DNA from: Candidatus Woesearchaeota archaeon
GTDB lineage: Archaea > Nanobdellota > Nanobdellia > Woesearchaeales > GW2011-AR9
NCBI GenBank assembly: GCA_018655525.1
Contig: JABIJM010000008.1
Coordinates: 20,836-84,835 of the forward strand
Length of the DNA: 64,000 nucleotides
Reading direction: 5' to 3'
Shown here: in pieces, positions 39,937 to 49,215 of the stretch
Numbering within the stretch: the first letter of the stretch is position 1
How the letters are laid out: each line of letters starts with the position of its first letter
Notes under the pieces: generated by a model
What the model was told of the DNA's origin: nothing
Database searches by the model: none
The model's input: the letters and a program-made list of their open reading frames with translations, nothing else
Translations under genes and position numbers: made by a program

Positions 39937-41028
39937 ATGTAATTCTACGATATCTCCGTCTTTTAATTTATGTACTAACCTGCTAAACCTTTGTCCTGGG
40001 TGTTTCGCGGATTTTCCCCAGACACGTGCAAACCGAAATCGTTTTACAAAATCTTTATGTGTTTTCAAACAAACATCTTTCAACGAGGATTTAGTTTGAA
40101 GAATCATTGGCTCATTCATATCTGCTTCTTTACGAGGTTCTTTCATATAAATACGCATGAAATCTAGTTTGTCAAAAATCATATCTTTAAGTTCATCAAT
40201 TCCAACATTATTATGTGCTGAGAGCACAAGGTCTGCACCAATTTGTTTTTTTACTTTCCTGATTTGTGCGGCTGTTGCCATATCTCCTTTTGTTAGACAA
40301 ATAATAGCGGGAACATATTTTTTATTACTTTCAATACAATCAATAAATTGGTCCATGTTTATGGGACTTCTAATTAAGACATCTGCGTTTACAATTTTAA
40401 ATTCACGCATGATATCTTTAATTGTAGCATTATCAATTTCTGTTTTCACAGTTCTTCCAATTTGAATACCTCCAGTTCCTTTCTTTTTGATATAGACTTC
40501 TGGCTTTCTTTGATTTAAACGAATGTTTGCTTCTCTTACTTCTCTAATGATTGCAGGGTAATGTTCTGGTGTTGTAACATCAACAACAATTAAAACTAAA
40601 TCTGCGTTTTGAATTACAGTAAGTACTTCTCTTCCACGTCCTTTTCCAGAAGCTGCACCACTTACAATTCCTGGAACATCTAAAATTTGAATTTTTGCTT
40701 GTTTATAATTTAACATTCCAGGTACAACTGAAAGAGTTGTGAAGGCATATGCACCAACTTCAGATTCTGCACCCGTGATGACATTTAATAGGGTTGATTT
40801 TCCTGCTGAAGGAAATCCTAAAAGAAGAACGGTTCCATCTCCACTTTTTCTTACAGTGTAACCATAAGATGAAGATCCAGTTTTCTTAGAAGTACGTTGA
40901 TCTTGCTTTCCTTTAAGCATAGCGATCTTTGCTTTAAGTTTACCAATGTGACCTTGTGTAGCTTTATTGTACTTGGTCTTTTTGATTTCGTCCTCTATAT
41001 CTTTGATTTGTTTCTTATAATCAACCAT
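39928..41028 (-). CDS. DRG-family (Obg-like) GTPase with a C-terminal TGS domain
   Basis: G1 GFPSAGKST, G3 DVPG, G4 TKGD. C-terminal TGS-like region. Confidence 0.8.
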   Translation of the reverse strand: MVDYKKQIKDIEDEIKKTKYNKATQGHIGKLKAKIAMLKGKQDQRTSKKTGSSSYGYTVRKSGDGTVLLLGFPSAGKSTLLNVITGAESEVGAYAFTTLSVVPGMLNYKQAKIQILDVPGIVSGAASGKGRGREVLTVIQNADLVLIVVDVTTPEHYPAIIREVREANIRLNQRKPEVYIKKKGTGGIQIGRTVKTEIDNATIKDIMREFKIVNADVLIRSPINMDQFIDCIESNKKYVPAIICLTKGDMATAAQIRKVKKQIGADLVLSAHNNVGIDELKDMIFDKLDFMRIYMKEPRKEADMNEPMILQTKSSLKDVCLKTHKDFVKRFRFARVWGKSAKHPGQRFSRLVHKLKDGDIVELHLD

Positions 41029-41134
41029 TAGAAGGGAAATAGATTGAGTTGTTTTTAATGGTTTCTTTATATTTGGAGATTATGCCTACATTTACGTAAT
41101 CTTTATATATACAAATCTAGCTTAAACCTATTGG

Positions 41135-41665
41135 ATGGTAGAATTTTTCAGTACAATCGGGACCTATTTTAACAAGATTCTTGTAGGTATTGTGATCCTT
41201 CTTGTAGGTTTTGGAATTGGAATTCTGGTTAAGAAAATTTTAGATCGTGTTTTAAAAGAAGTTGAATTAAATAGAATTATGGGAAAAGTTGGTTTAACCC
41301 ATAACTTAGAATCTATCTTAAGTAATATTATAGCTTACTTAGTATATCTGTTCACAATCGTATTTTTCTTACAACATTTAGGAATTGGATCTTATGTATT
41401 ACTTATCATTGTAGGTGCGGTGTTGATGTTAATCATTTTAACATTTCTTGTAGGTATGAAAGATGTGATCCCAAACTTCATTGGATGGTTATACATTCAA
41501 AAGAAAGGAAAAATGAAGGAAGGACATCATGTAAATATTAGAGAAATTGGTGGACGTGTTGAAAGAATTGGATTCATGGAAACTGAGATTAAAACAGAAC
41601 GTGGAGATATCCTTTATGTTCCAAATGCATTATTTATGAAAAGTAAATTTCGTGTTAAGAATTAA
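41135..41665 (+). CDS. Small MscS-like mechanosensitive channel protein
   Basis: 3 TM helices followed by a beta-domain (KTERGDILYVPNALFM). Confidence 0.55.
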   Translation: MVEFFSTIGTYFNKILVGIVILLVGFGIGILVKKILDRVLKEVELNRIMGKVGLTHNLESILSNIIAYLVYLFTIVFFLQHLGIGSYVLLIIVGAVLMLIILTFLVGMKDVIPNFIGWLYIQKKGKMKEGHHVNIREIGGRVERIGFMETEIKTERGDILYVPNALFMKSKFRVKN

Positions 41666-41904
41666 TTCTTTGCACTTTCTAATAAACTAACAATATCCCA
41701 CACTTGGGTTCTTAGATAAGAAGAGATTTCATTGGAGTTTAATTCTTCAAGTTCCATTAAAGCTTTTGAAATCGCCATTTCTTCTTGGCTGTTTAGAAGG
41801 GTAATTACTTTGTTTGCTTTTTCTTTGATACGTTTGCTTGCATCATCATCTTCTTGTAACATTTCAAGGGATCCAAGAGCTTCTTGGAGAAGTTCATTGT
41901 TCAT
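41662..41904 (-). CDS. Hypothetical small acidic helical protein
   Basis: 80 aa. Co-directional with and overlapping prefoldin beta. Confidence 0.4.
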   Translation of the reverse strand: MNNELLQEALGSLEMLQEDDDASKRIKEKANKVITLLNSQEEMAISKALMELEELNSNEISSYLRTQVWDIVSLLESAKN

Positions 41905-42223
41905 TTTTCTTTTCCTCTTGAAGTTCCTTTACAACTTCTTGCTGAAGTTCTTCCATGCTATGTTTGAAGCTTTCTTCTTGTTTTAGAAGACTTTTTAATC
42001 GTACATCTGCAACTTCCTTTTGATCTTGTAAATCTTTTTGTAATTGTTCTTTAGAAGATGCAACCATAATTTTACCAACTATTTTGTATGCTTGTTCAGT
42101 TGTAGAAATTTCTTGTAATGCGGATTGTAATTCCACTAATTGAGATTCAACTTGTTGTTTTTGTAAAGTAATATTTTGCAGATTTTGCTGCATAGACTGT
42201 AATTGTTGAATTTTCTGACTCAT
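41894..42223 (-). CDS. pfdB: Prefoldin beta subunit
   Basis: About 110 aa with two coiled-coil arms flanking a central beta hairpin (AYKIVGKIMVAS). Confidence 0.65.
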   Translation of the reverse strand: MSQKIQQLQSMQQNLQNITLQKQQVESQLVELQSALQEISTTEQAYKIVGKIMVASSKEQLQKDLQDQKEVADVRLKSLLKQEESFKHSMEELQQEVVKELQEEKKNEQ

Positions 42224-42236
42224 TGTAGAAATCCTC

Positions 42237-42371
42237 TTACCGTGCTTTTACTTTCGCAACAGTTCTTCTATCTTTGTAAAGAATCTTACCACCACAATAG
42301 GGGCATCGTACTTTTGTACGTGTATATTCATCGTCAACTTTTTTTCCGCAATCAAAACAAAGATAATACAT
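42237..42371 (-). CDS. rpoP: DNA-directed RNA polymerase subunit P (RpoP/Rpb12-like zinc ribbon)
   Basis: Unlisted 44-aa ORF MYYLCFDCGKKVDDEYTRTKVRCPYCGGKILYKDRRTVAKVKAR. C..C...C..C ribbon. Conserved position next to L37ae. Confidence 0.65.
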   Translation of the reverse strand: MYYLCFDCGKKVDDEYTRTKVRCPYCGGKILYKDRRTVAKVKAR

Positions 42372-42383
42372 TTTTAGATACCT

Positions 42384-42581
42384 CTAAAGCGTATACGCTT
42401 TACCTGCGAATTTTGCTTCGCATTTTGCACATTGCCAGATTCCTATTGCAACTCGTCTTACGTCAAGTTTATTACAATATGGGCATTTGTGTTTTTTTCG
42501 TTGTTCGGTTTCGATCATATCGAATTTCTTTTTTGTTCTACGACCATATCGTGGTCCAAATCTTTTAGTTGATCCTGTCAT
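42384..42581 (-). CDS. rpl37ae: 50S ribosomal protein L37Ae (eL43)
   Basis: TKRFGPRYGRRTKK...CPYC...GIWQCAKC...FAGKAY, diagnostic of this protein. Confidence 0.85.
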   Translation of the reverse strand: MTGSTKRFGPRYGRRTKKKFDMIETEQRKKHKCPYCNKLDVRRVAIGIWQCAKCEAKFAGKAYTL

Positions 42582-42603
42582 TTTTTCTTTCCTAAATTAT
42601 AAA

Positions 42604-42708
42604 GTGGGGCTACCCGGATTCGAACCGGGGTTCAGCGGCCCCAAACCGCTAGTGATAGATTACTCAAATAGGAGTTTTACTCTTATTCTCCAAGCTACAC
42701 TATAGCCC
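42604..42708 (-). tRNA. tRNA-Pro (anticodon UGG) containing a roughly 30-nt non-canonical intron in the D-arm
   Basis: Acceptor GGGGCUA/UAGCCCC plus discriminator A. T-arm CCCGG-UUCGAAU-CCGGG. Anticodon arm AGCGG-UUUGGGG-CCGCU (U33, UGG, G37). The 105-nt gene has the extra sequence between the D-loop (AGCUUGGAGA) and the 3' D-stem (UCAC). CCA is not encoded. Confidence 0.6.
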
Positions 42709-42783
42709 CAATAAGCTGTTTATAAAGGTTTTGCTTATTTTTGATTTATTGTGAACCTTTTTAAAAACCTTGTGGTTTTTTAG

Positions 42784-43854
42784 TTAGATTCTAAGGAGGG
42801 GCAATTCTTTGGGTGCAGTAGTCAAAATCTTGGTTTTTCCTTTAAAAACGAGCGTATCTTCAATTCGCATCCCAAATTTGTTCTTAAAATAAATGCCAGG
42901 CTCTATTGTAAACACATGATTCTGGTTAATAATGTGTTCTTTAAACTTTGGGTCTTCATGAACTTCTACACCAATCCCATGACCAAGAGAATGAACAAAA
43001 TATTTATTGTATTTTCCAAGTTTAGATCTTGCCGTTTTATCTAAATGCATGAATTTTTGTTTATCTTTAATTTCTTCAATTGCTGCTAATTGAGAATTTA
43101 AGAGGAGGTTGTAAAATTCTTTCTCTTCTTTTGAAGGTTTTCCTAAATACACCATCCTCGTCATATCTGCATTGTAATTCTTGTAACAAGCACCAAAATC
43201 AAGTACCATGAATCCTTTTCTTAGTTTTTGATTTGATGTAACATGATGAGGAATTGCTCCATTCTTTGAAGTTGCCGCAATAGTAGGGAATGCAATTTCG
43301 CATCCTTTATCTTTCATGTATTTTTCTAAGAAGAATGCAACATCTTGTTCCGTCTTACATTTGAAGTTGTTAATTAATTCATTGAACGCTTCTGATGTTA
43401 TTTTACATGCTTTCGCAATCTTTTTAGTTTCTTCAGGCGTTTTCTGAGATCGTAGAAGTTTAAGTTGATTTGACACATCAACAAATTTAGCTTTAGGATA
43501 TATTTTCTGTAACTTTTCTTGATAATGTACAGAAAGAAGCTCTTTGTTAATCCCAATAGTTTTGATTTTGTTGTTAGATAATTTTTTCTCCCATCCTGTT
43601 GTAAAATAGTTTGTTGCGATATTCTTTATCCTAGGTTTCGCATCTAATTTCGTGACAAGAAACTCTGCTTCTTTTGGTTTGATGATTAGAAATGCATGTG
43701 ATGGTTTTGTTTGTGTGAAATATGTGATGTTTGGATCAGGAGATGTTAAAAATGTTAAGTTAATGTTTTGTTTTGTGAGATATTTTTGAAATTCTGAAAG
43801 TTTCATGAGATTATGATTCTTTGTCGGGTTAAAAAGGTTGTGTTCTAAATCCAT
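42784..43854 (-). CDS. Xaa-Pro aminopeptidase / M24 family metallopeptidase
   Basis: M24 pita-bread motifs (HSLGHGIGVEVHE, IEPGIY, RIED). Confidence 0.8.
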   Translation of the reverse strand: MDLEHNLFNPTKNHNLMKLSEFQKYLTKQNINLTFLTSPDPNITYFTQTKPSHAFLIIKPKEAEFLVTKLDAKPRIKNIATNYFTTGWEKKLSNNKIKTIGINKELLSVHYQEKLQKIYPKAKFVDVSNQLKLLRSQKTPEETKKIAKACKITSEAFNELINNFKCKTEQDVAFFLEKYMKDKGCEIAFPTIAATSKNGAIPHHVTSNQKLRKGFMVLDFGACYKNYNADMTRMVYLGKPSKEEKEFYNLLLNSQLAAIEEIKDKQKFMHLDKTARSKLGKYNKYFVHSLGHGIGVEVHEDPKFKEHIINQNHVFTIEPGIYFKNKFGMRIEDTLVFKGKTKILTTAPKELPLLRI

Positions 43855-44371
43855 AAAACATATAAGCGATATTTTGTCAAATATTTCTATGTCAGATGAA
43901 GATTATGTAAGAGTGTATCAATTGCAAACCGGGAGAGGAGATATCAAAACAATTCTAACAACCATTGATAATGTTTATGTGAATAATGATAAAATGGCCT
44001 TAGTTCAATGGAAAAGCGATAAAGGAACTAATACGATAATAGAGGGAAAGGTGGATGCAAATCTTCATTCTGAAGGTATGAGAGTTCTTGAAGCAAGGAT
44101 TATTCCTAGTGATGGATGTATTGCTTTACCTCCAAAGTATGTTCCTCCTCATTCTACTGTTTTTGGAGTCAATGTTATTTCAAGAATGGAATATGATTCT
44201 ATAGTTGAAAGACTTGAAGACGACAAAAATGAATTTTCTCGTGAAAGGACCGCAGTTCAAGAAAGGATGGATGTAGAATTGCGAGGTGTAAGAGTGAGAT
44301 ATAGGTCTCAATTTGATGCAATCCCTAAACCTGATTCTATTGAAGAGCGGGTTGCTAAATATGTTCTCTGA
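43838..44371 (+). CDS. Hypothetical protein
   Basis: 177 aa, no motif. Confidence 0.4.
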   Translation: MCSKSIKHISDILSNISMSDEDYVRVYQLQTGRGDIKTILTTIDNVYVNNDKMALVQWKSDKGTNTIIEGKVDANLHSEGMRVLEARIIPSDGCIALPPKYVPPHSTVFGVNVISRMEYDSIVERLEDDKNEFSRERTAVQERMDVELRGVRVRYRSQFDAIPKPDSIEERVAKYVL

Positions 44372-44462
44372 ATGTATGAAGACAATTATTAATTGTAAAT
44401 TTTTCTTTACACAACCCTTATAAACACTAAAATTATACTTCTATAAAGAAAAAGGGGACTAA

Positions 44463-45665
44463 ATGAGAGAAATTACGCTTAAAAACGGGCTTAAAGTATT
44501 GTACGAACAAAAAGAGAGGAATGCAGTTGTTGTTCAAATCATGATTAAGACAGGTAGTAATCATGAAGCTAAAGATGAACGAGGGATTTCACATTTTTTA
44601 GAACATATTCTTTTTGAAGGAACGGTTAAACGTCCTACCAACCAAGAGATTTCAAATGAAATTGAAAGTATTGGAGGAGATTTTAATGCATACACAACTA
44701 ATGAAAGGACGTGTTTTTACATTAAGGTTTTGAATAAACATTTTCATAAAGCAACAGATATCCTAGCAGATATTATGTTACATTCGTTGTTCAAAGAAGA
44801 ACATATCGCAAAAGAAAAAAATATTGTGTTAAAAGAAATTGATATGGTGAATGATGAACCAAGTTATTACCAATGGCTTTTATTACAAAGCAATATTTTC
44901 AAAAATCACCCTGCAAGGCATCCTACATACGGTGATCGTAAAATCATTAAAAATCTTACAAGAAAAAAAATAATGAGTTATTTTCATAAACATTATGTTG
45001 CAGGAAACATGGTGATTTCTGTTGTGGGAAATGTGAAAGATTGGAAAGAAAAAGTTCAAGTTTTTTCAAATATTCCAAAAGGAAGTGCTAAATCCTTACC
45101 TAAAGGAAGGGAACCAGTTGCAAAACGTAATGAAGTCTTCAAAAAGAAAAAGAAGACGATTAACACTTATACCCTTATTGGATTTAAAACGGTTCCTAGA
45201 ACTCATAAAGATAGTTATGCATTAGAAGTTATGAATGGTATTCTTGGGAGAGGACAATCAGGGAGAATGTTTACAGAGATTCGTGGGAAGAGAGCATTGG
45301 CTTATGATGTTGGAACTCAACATATTTCTGAAGCAGGATTTGGATATTTTGCAGTGTATGCAACGATTGACCGAAAAAATGTCCCATTAGTAAAAAAATT
45401 AGCATTAGAAGAAATCAAAAAGATTAAGGATATTACACCTAAAGATTTGAAGGAATCTAAAGACTTTGTTGAAGGGAATTATTTGCTTTCTATGGAAGAC
45501 GTACAAAAGGTTGCAGATCAATTATTATTCTGGAATCAAATTAGTAATGCGCAAGGTATGAAGAATTTTGTAAAAGAAATCAAAAAAGTTACACTTAATG
45601 ATGTAAAACGTGTTGCAGAAAAATACTTTAAACATTACACCATGGCAATTGTTGAAGGAAAGTGA
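44463..45665 (+). CDS. M16 family (insulinase-like) zinc peptidase
   Basis: Inverted zincin motif HFLEHILFEG (HxxEH) near the N-terminus. Confidence 0.75.
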   Translation: MREITLKNGLKVLYEQKERNAVVVQIMIKTGSNHEAKDERGISHFLEHILFEGTVKRPTNQEISNEIESIGGDFNAYTTNERTCFYIKVLNKHFHKATDILADIMLHSLFKEEHIAKEKNIVLKEIDMVNDEPSYYQWLLLQSNIFKNHPARHPTYGDRKIIKNLTRKKIMSYFHKHYVAGNMVISVVGNVKDWKEKVQVFSNIPKGSAKSLPKGREPVAKRNEVFKKKKKTINTYTLIGFKTVPRTHKDSYALEVMNGILGRGQSGRMFTEIRGKRALAYDVGTQHISEAGFGYFAVYATIDRKNVPLVKKLALEEIKKIKDITPKDLKESKDFVEGNYLLSMEDVQKVADQLLFWNQISNAQGMKNFVKEIKKVTLNDVKRVAEKYFKHYTMAIVEGK

Positions 45666-46739
45666 TTATCTCGTAACTTCAAAACTTTGCACTTTTTCTA
45701 ATAGTTTCTTAGGAGATCCTTTAGAAAAATGTTCACGTGTGGGTTCTAGAAGTTTGTTGATTGCAGCTGCCACTCCTGTTTTAAGATCAATAGATTTTAA
45801 TTTTCCTGAAGAAAATGCTTTTTCTAACTCTTCGTATGATTTGAAAGAAAGGTTTCCACCATATTTCTCTGGACGTTCTATTTTGATTTCGTTCATTAAT
45901 TCAAAAATGATATATTTTGCATATTCTAATACAGGATTGTCTTCAATCACACCATCTACGCAATGAGCTTTTCTGAATTTTTTTTCTACAACAGGTTCTG
46001 TGTCTGTCATAAAAATTGCAGTGTCTGGTTTTGATTTAGACATCTTCATTGCAATTTTTCTATCGACACCTTCTAGTTCAGATTGATTAAATTGTAATCC
46101 AAGTAACATATGGTGATGGATTGCAATAGGTTTTGGTTTTCCGATTTTTGGAAAAATGTCCCGTGCAAGCATGTTGACTTTTCTTTGATCTAATCCTAAT
46201 TGTGCAATATCTGCTTCTAAGTGAATAATATCTGCAGCTTGCATTAAAGGATACATTATTTGAGAGGATTTAGATTTTTTTCCTTCTTCACGACCCATGA
46301 TTTGAGAACATCGTAGAACTCTTGTTACGGTAGAAGACATTGCTAATTGCATTACTGTTTTCCAGTAATCTGGATTTTTTTTATAAAATTCTGATGCCCA
46401 TACGAATTCTACATTTTTCAAATCCATGCCACAAGATTTCCATACTTCAATTGCATATTTTCCCGTTGTTTGAATTTTATCTAAATCTCCACCCAACTTA
46501 CTATTTAGCATTGCAAAATAATCTGCAACAAGAATTTTAAATTTAACGCCAGCTTTTGTTAATTTGTTAATGTTAATTGCACGTAATAATCCTTGCGCAA
46601 TGTGAATTTGCCCTGAGGGTTCAAAACCATCATACGCAATTGGATTTTTTTTTGATTCAAGAAGTGTAATAAGATCTTCTTCTGTAATGATTTCTTCTCC
46701 TACTTCTTTTATTAATTTGAGTTTGTCAGCTGTTTTCAT
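45666..46739 (-). CDS. tyrS: Tyrosyl-tRNA synthetase (archaeal type)
   Basis: Class I HIGH-like IHIAQ preceded by GFEPSGQ. KMSKS present. The C-terminal region (ERPEKYGGNLSFKSYEELEKAF) closely mirrors archaeal TyrRS. Confidence 0.8.
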   Translation of the reverse strand: MKTADKLKLIKEVGEEIITEEDLITLLESKKNPIAYDGFEPSGQIHIAQGLLRAININKLTKAGVKFKILVADYFAMLNSKLGGDLDKIQTTGKYAIEVWKSCGMDLKNVEFVWASEFYKKNPDYWKTVMQLAMSSTVTRVLRCSQIMGREEGKKSKSSQIMYPLMQAADIIHLEADIAQLGLDQRKVNMLARDIFPKIGKPKPIAIHHHMLLGLQFNQSELEGVDRKIAMKMSKSKPDTAIFMTDTEPVVEKKFRKAHCVDGVIEDNPVLEYAKYIIFELMNEIKIERPEKYGGNLSFKSYEELEKAFSSGKLKSIDLKTGVAAAINKLLEPTREHFSKGSPKKLLEKVQSFEVTR

Positions 46740-46811
46740 AGGTTTTAGTAATAGTATTTAGTATAAATAGTTAATGGTTAATTTTAAATACATTAAGGTA
46801 TTAAGACAGGT

Positions 46812-47654
46812 ATGAATAAATTAATTGGAATTCTTGTAATCTTGATGTTTGCATTATCTTTAGGCGTATTCGCAAAAGGAGATTTAGTGATCACAACAGG
46901 AAATTCTGAAGTATTGCCTCAAGATGGTTTTGAGCAAGATGTATTTATTCCGTTCACAATTACTAATGTTGGAGATAAAGATGTTACATCAAGATTCGGT
47001 GTAGGGATTCAAAAAGATAACGAGCAAATTGGTGTAGGATATCCTTTGTACACTTACACAGGTGAAGTAAAAACAGAAGGTGAAGTGTTTAAGTACACAC
47101 AAGGCGTTCCGATTATTGATGCCAAAGGAAAAGAATATTTTCAAAAAGCAGTGAATAATGAGATCTCTCAAAAAGGAGTCTATGTTTCAACCGCACCAAC
47201 TATTACATTAAAACCAAATGAAAGTCTTGCATTTACTGAAAATGATAGAGATTTCTTTAATATATTTTCAGTTGCAAAAGAAGGCAACCATACTTTCACA
47301 TATATTGTAGATGCAGAGAATGAAGTTGATGAAGAAGATGAATCAAATAATGAAGTTACAGTTACATTAGATGTAAAGGCACCAAATGTTATCAAAGGTC
47401 CAAATACAGAATTTAAATTATCTGAAAAACAATATTGGTTTTTCTTTAGGAATTTAGGAGATTGTGTAACCATGAATACTCCAAAAGAAACCAAAATCTG
47501 TTTGAAAAGTGAGGGATTATTTACTGCAAAGCTTACAATCAATAATGAGGAATTAACCTTATTCCATATCTTAAATGTCTTTAGTTTTGATAAGAAAATC
47601 GGAAACCTTGAATTAAGTGTAAGTGAAGATGGATTCTTTCTTAGCTATTCTTAG
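46812..47654 (+). CDS. Secreted protein of unknown function
   Basis: Signal peptide present. Beta-rich region. Confidence 0.45.
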   Translation: MNKLIGILVILMFALSLGVFAKGDLVITTGNSEVLPQDGFEQDVFIPFTITNVGDKDVTSRFGVGIQKDNEQIGVGYPLYTYTGEVKTEGEVFKYTQGVPIIDAKGKEYFQKAVNNEISQKGVYVSTAPTITLKPNESLAFTENDRDFFNIFSVAKEGNHTFTYIVDAENEVDEEDESNNEVTVTLDVKAPNVIKGPNTEFKLSEKQYWFFFRNLGDCVTMNTPKETKICLKSEGLFTAKLTINNEELTLFHILNVFSFDKKIGNLELSVSEDGFFLSYS

Positions 47655-47692
47655 ACAAAATGTTTATATTATGGAGATGTTTTAGAATCTAA

Positions 47693-48319
47693 ATGGTTAA
47701 AGCTATACTATTTGATTTTTGGGGAACATTAGTGGAGAATGGCGTTCATTCACCTATTAAACAAGTTAAAAATATTCTTAATATTAGGTTGCCTTTCTCA
47801 GAATATGTCATCCGTATGGAAAAAGCAATGATGACTCAAGAATTTTCTTCCTTAAAAGATGCATTTATTGCAGTAGGAAAAGAATTTAATATTGAATGTC
47901 CTGATTTTATCTTGGATGAATTAGTTGGAATGTGGAACAAATCATGGATGTTGGCAGAGCCCTATGAAGAAACAGTTCAAGTTTTAGAAGATTTACAGAA
48001 AAAGTATAAATTAGTACTGATTTCAAATACCGATAATTTTTCTGTGATGAAAGTTATTGAGAAATATAATTTAGATCAATATTTTGAAAAGGCTTCCTTA
48101 TCTTGTAAAACTGGAATGTTAAAGACGAATCCTGAATGTTTACGGGGCATTGTAGAGAGTTTAAATCTTCAGATAGAGGATTGCGTTATGGTAGGAGATA
48201 GTCTCCAGAGCGACATAAAAGCAGCTGAATTAGTAGGAATGAAATCAATCCTTGTTGATAGAAGAAATTCGCGAGATTATTCTCCTAAAGTGCGAGATTT
48301 GAGAGACATGGAACTATGA
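47693..48319 (+). CDS. HAD-superfamily hydrolase
   Basis: Motif I ILFDFWGTL. Motif IV GDS..D. Confidence 0.65.
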   Translation: MVKAILFDFWGTLVENGVHSPIKQVKNILNIRLPFSEYVIRMEKAMMTQEFSSLKDAFIAVGKEFNIECPDFILDELVGMWNKSWMLAEPYEETVQVLEDLQKKYKLVLISNTDNFSVMKVIEKYNLDQYFEKASLSCKTGMLKTNPECLRGIVESLNLQIEDCVMVGDSLQSDIKAAELVGMKSILVDRRNSRDYSPKVRDLRDMEL

Positions 48320-49197
48320 AGATTACATTTTTAGGAACTGGGTGTATGCAACCTACGGTAAAAAGGAATCATTCTTCTATTTTATTATCCCATAATAGGG
48401 AGAATTTATTATTTGATTGTGGAGAAGGTACACAACGTCAAATGCGATTCGCAAAAGTAAAACCAGCACGTATTACAAAAATTTTTATTTCACATTGGCA
48501 TGGAGATCATTGTTTTGGTATTCCTGGTTTAATGAGTGCAATGGGTGCAGATAATTTTGAAGGTACATTAGAAATTTATGGTCCAAAGGGAAGTAAAACA
48601 TATCTTAAACATATGTTGAAAGGTTTTGCACGTAAAGATATGATCACATATAAGATTAAAGAAGTAAGTAAAGGGACCATTGTAAATGCTGATAATTTTA
48701 TCATTGAAGCTCATCAGTTAAAACATTCTGTTTCTTGTGTGGGATATTCCTTTAAAGAAAAAGACAAGTTGCGTATTGATGTAAAGAAAGCAACGAAATT
48801 AGGATTGAAAGGAGAGATTCTTGGAAGGTTACAAAAAGGAAAAAATGTAACTTTAAAAGGTAAGAAAATTATGTTTAAAGATGTTACATATAAAGTAAAA
48901 GGTAAAAAAATAAGTTACATTGCTGACACTGTCAAATGTCTTGGTGCAAGAAAATTAGCTAAGGATTGTGATTTATTAATTTCAGAAGCGACCCATTGTG
49001 ATGATGTTGTAAAAAGAAAATATATGCATCTGACCGTTCGTGAAGCATGTGAAATTGCGAAGGCCGGAAAGGCGAAGAGATTAGTTCTAACCCATATTAG
49101 TCAACGATATAAAGATTCTAAAGCCGTATTGAAGGAAGCAAAGAAGTATTTTAAGAAAGTTCAAGTTGCTGAAGATTTTCTAGAAATAAAAATTTAA
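48316..49197 (+). CDS. rnz: Ribonuclease Z (tRNA 3' processing endonuclease)
   Basis: MKITFLGTG start. MBL motif SHWHGDHCFG. About 290 aa, the short-form RNase Z. Confidence 0.8.
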   Translation: MKITFLGTGCMQPTVKRNHSSILLSHNRENLLFDCGEGTQRQMRFAKVKPARITKIFISHWHGDHCFGIPGLMSAMGADNFEGTLEIYGPKGSKTYLKHMLKGFARKDMITYKIKEVSKGTIVNADNFIIEAHQLKHSVSCVGYSFKEKDKLRIDVKKATKLGLKGEILGRLQKGKNVTLKGKKIMFKDVTYKVKGKKISYIADTVKCLGARKLAKDCDLLISEATHCDDVVKRKYMHLTVREACEIAKAGKAKRLVLTHISQRYKDSKAVLKEAKKYFKKVQVAEDFLEIKI

Positions 49198-49215
49198 AAA
49201 AGAAAAAGAAAAAAA

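Noticed and set aside
42487-42705. 72-aa ORF on the plus strand
   Set aside because: It is antisense to the tRNA-Pro gene and the L37ae 5' end.
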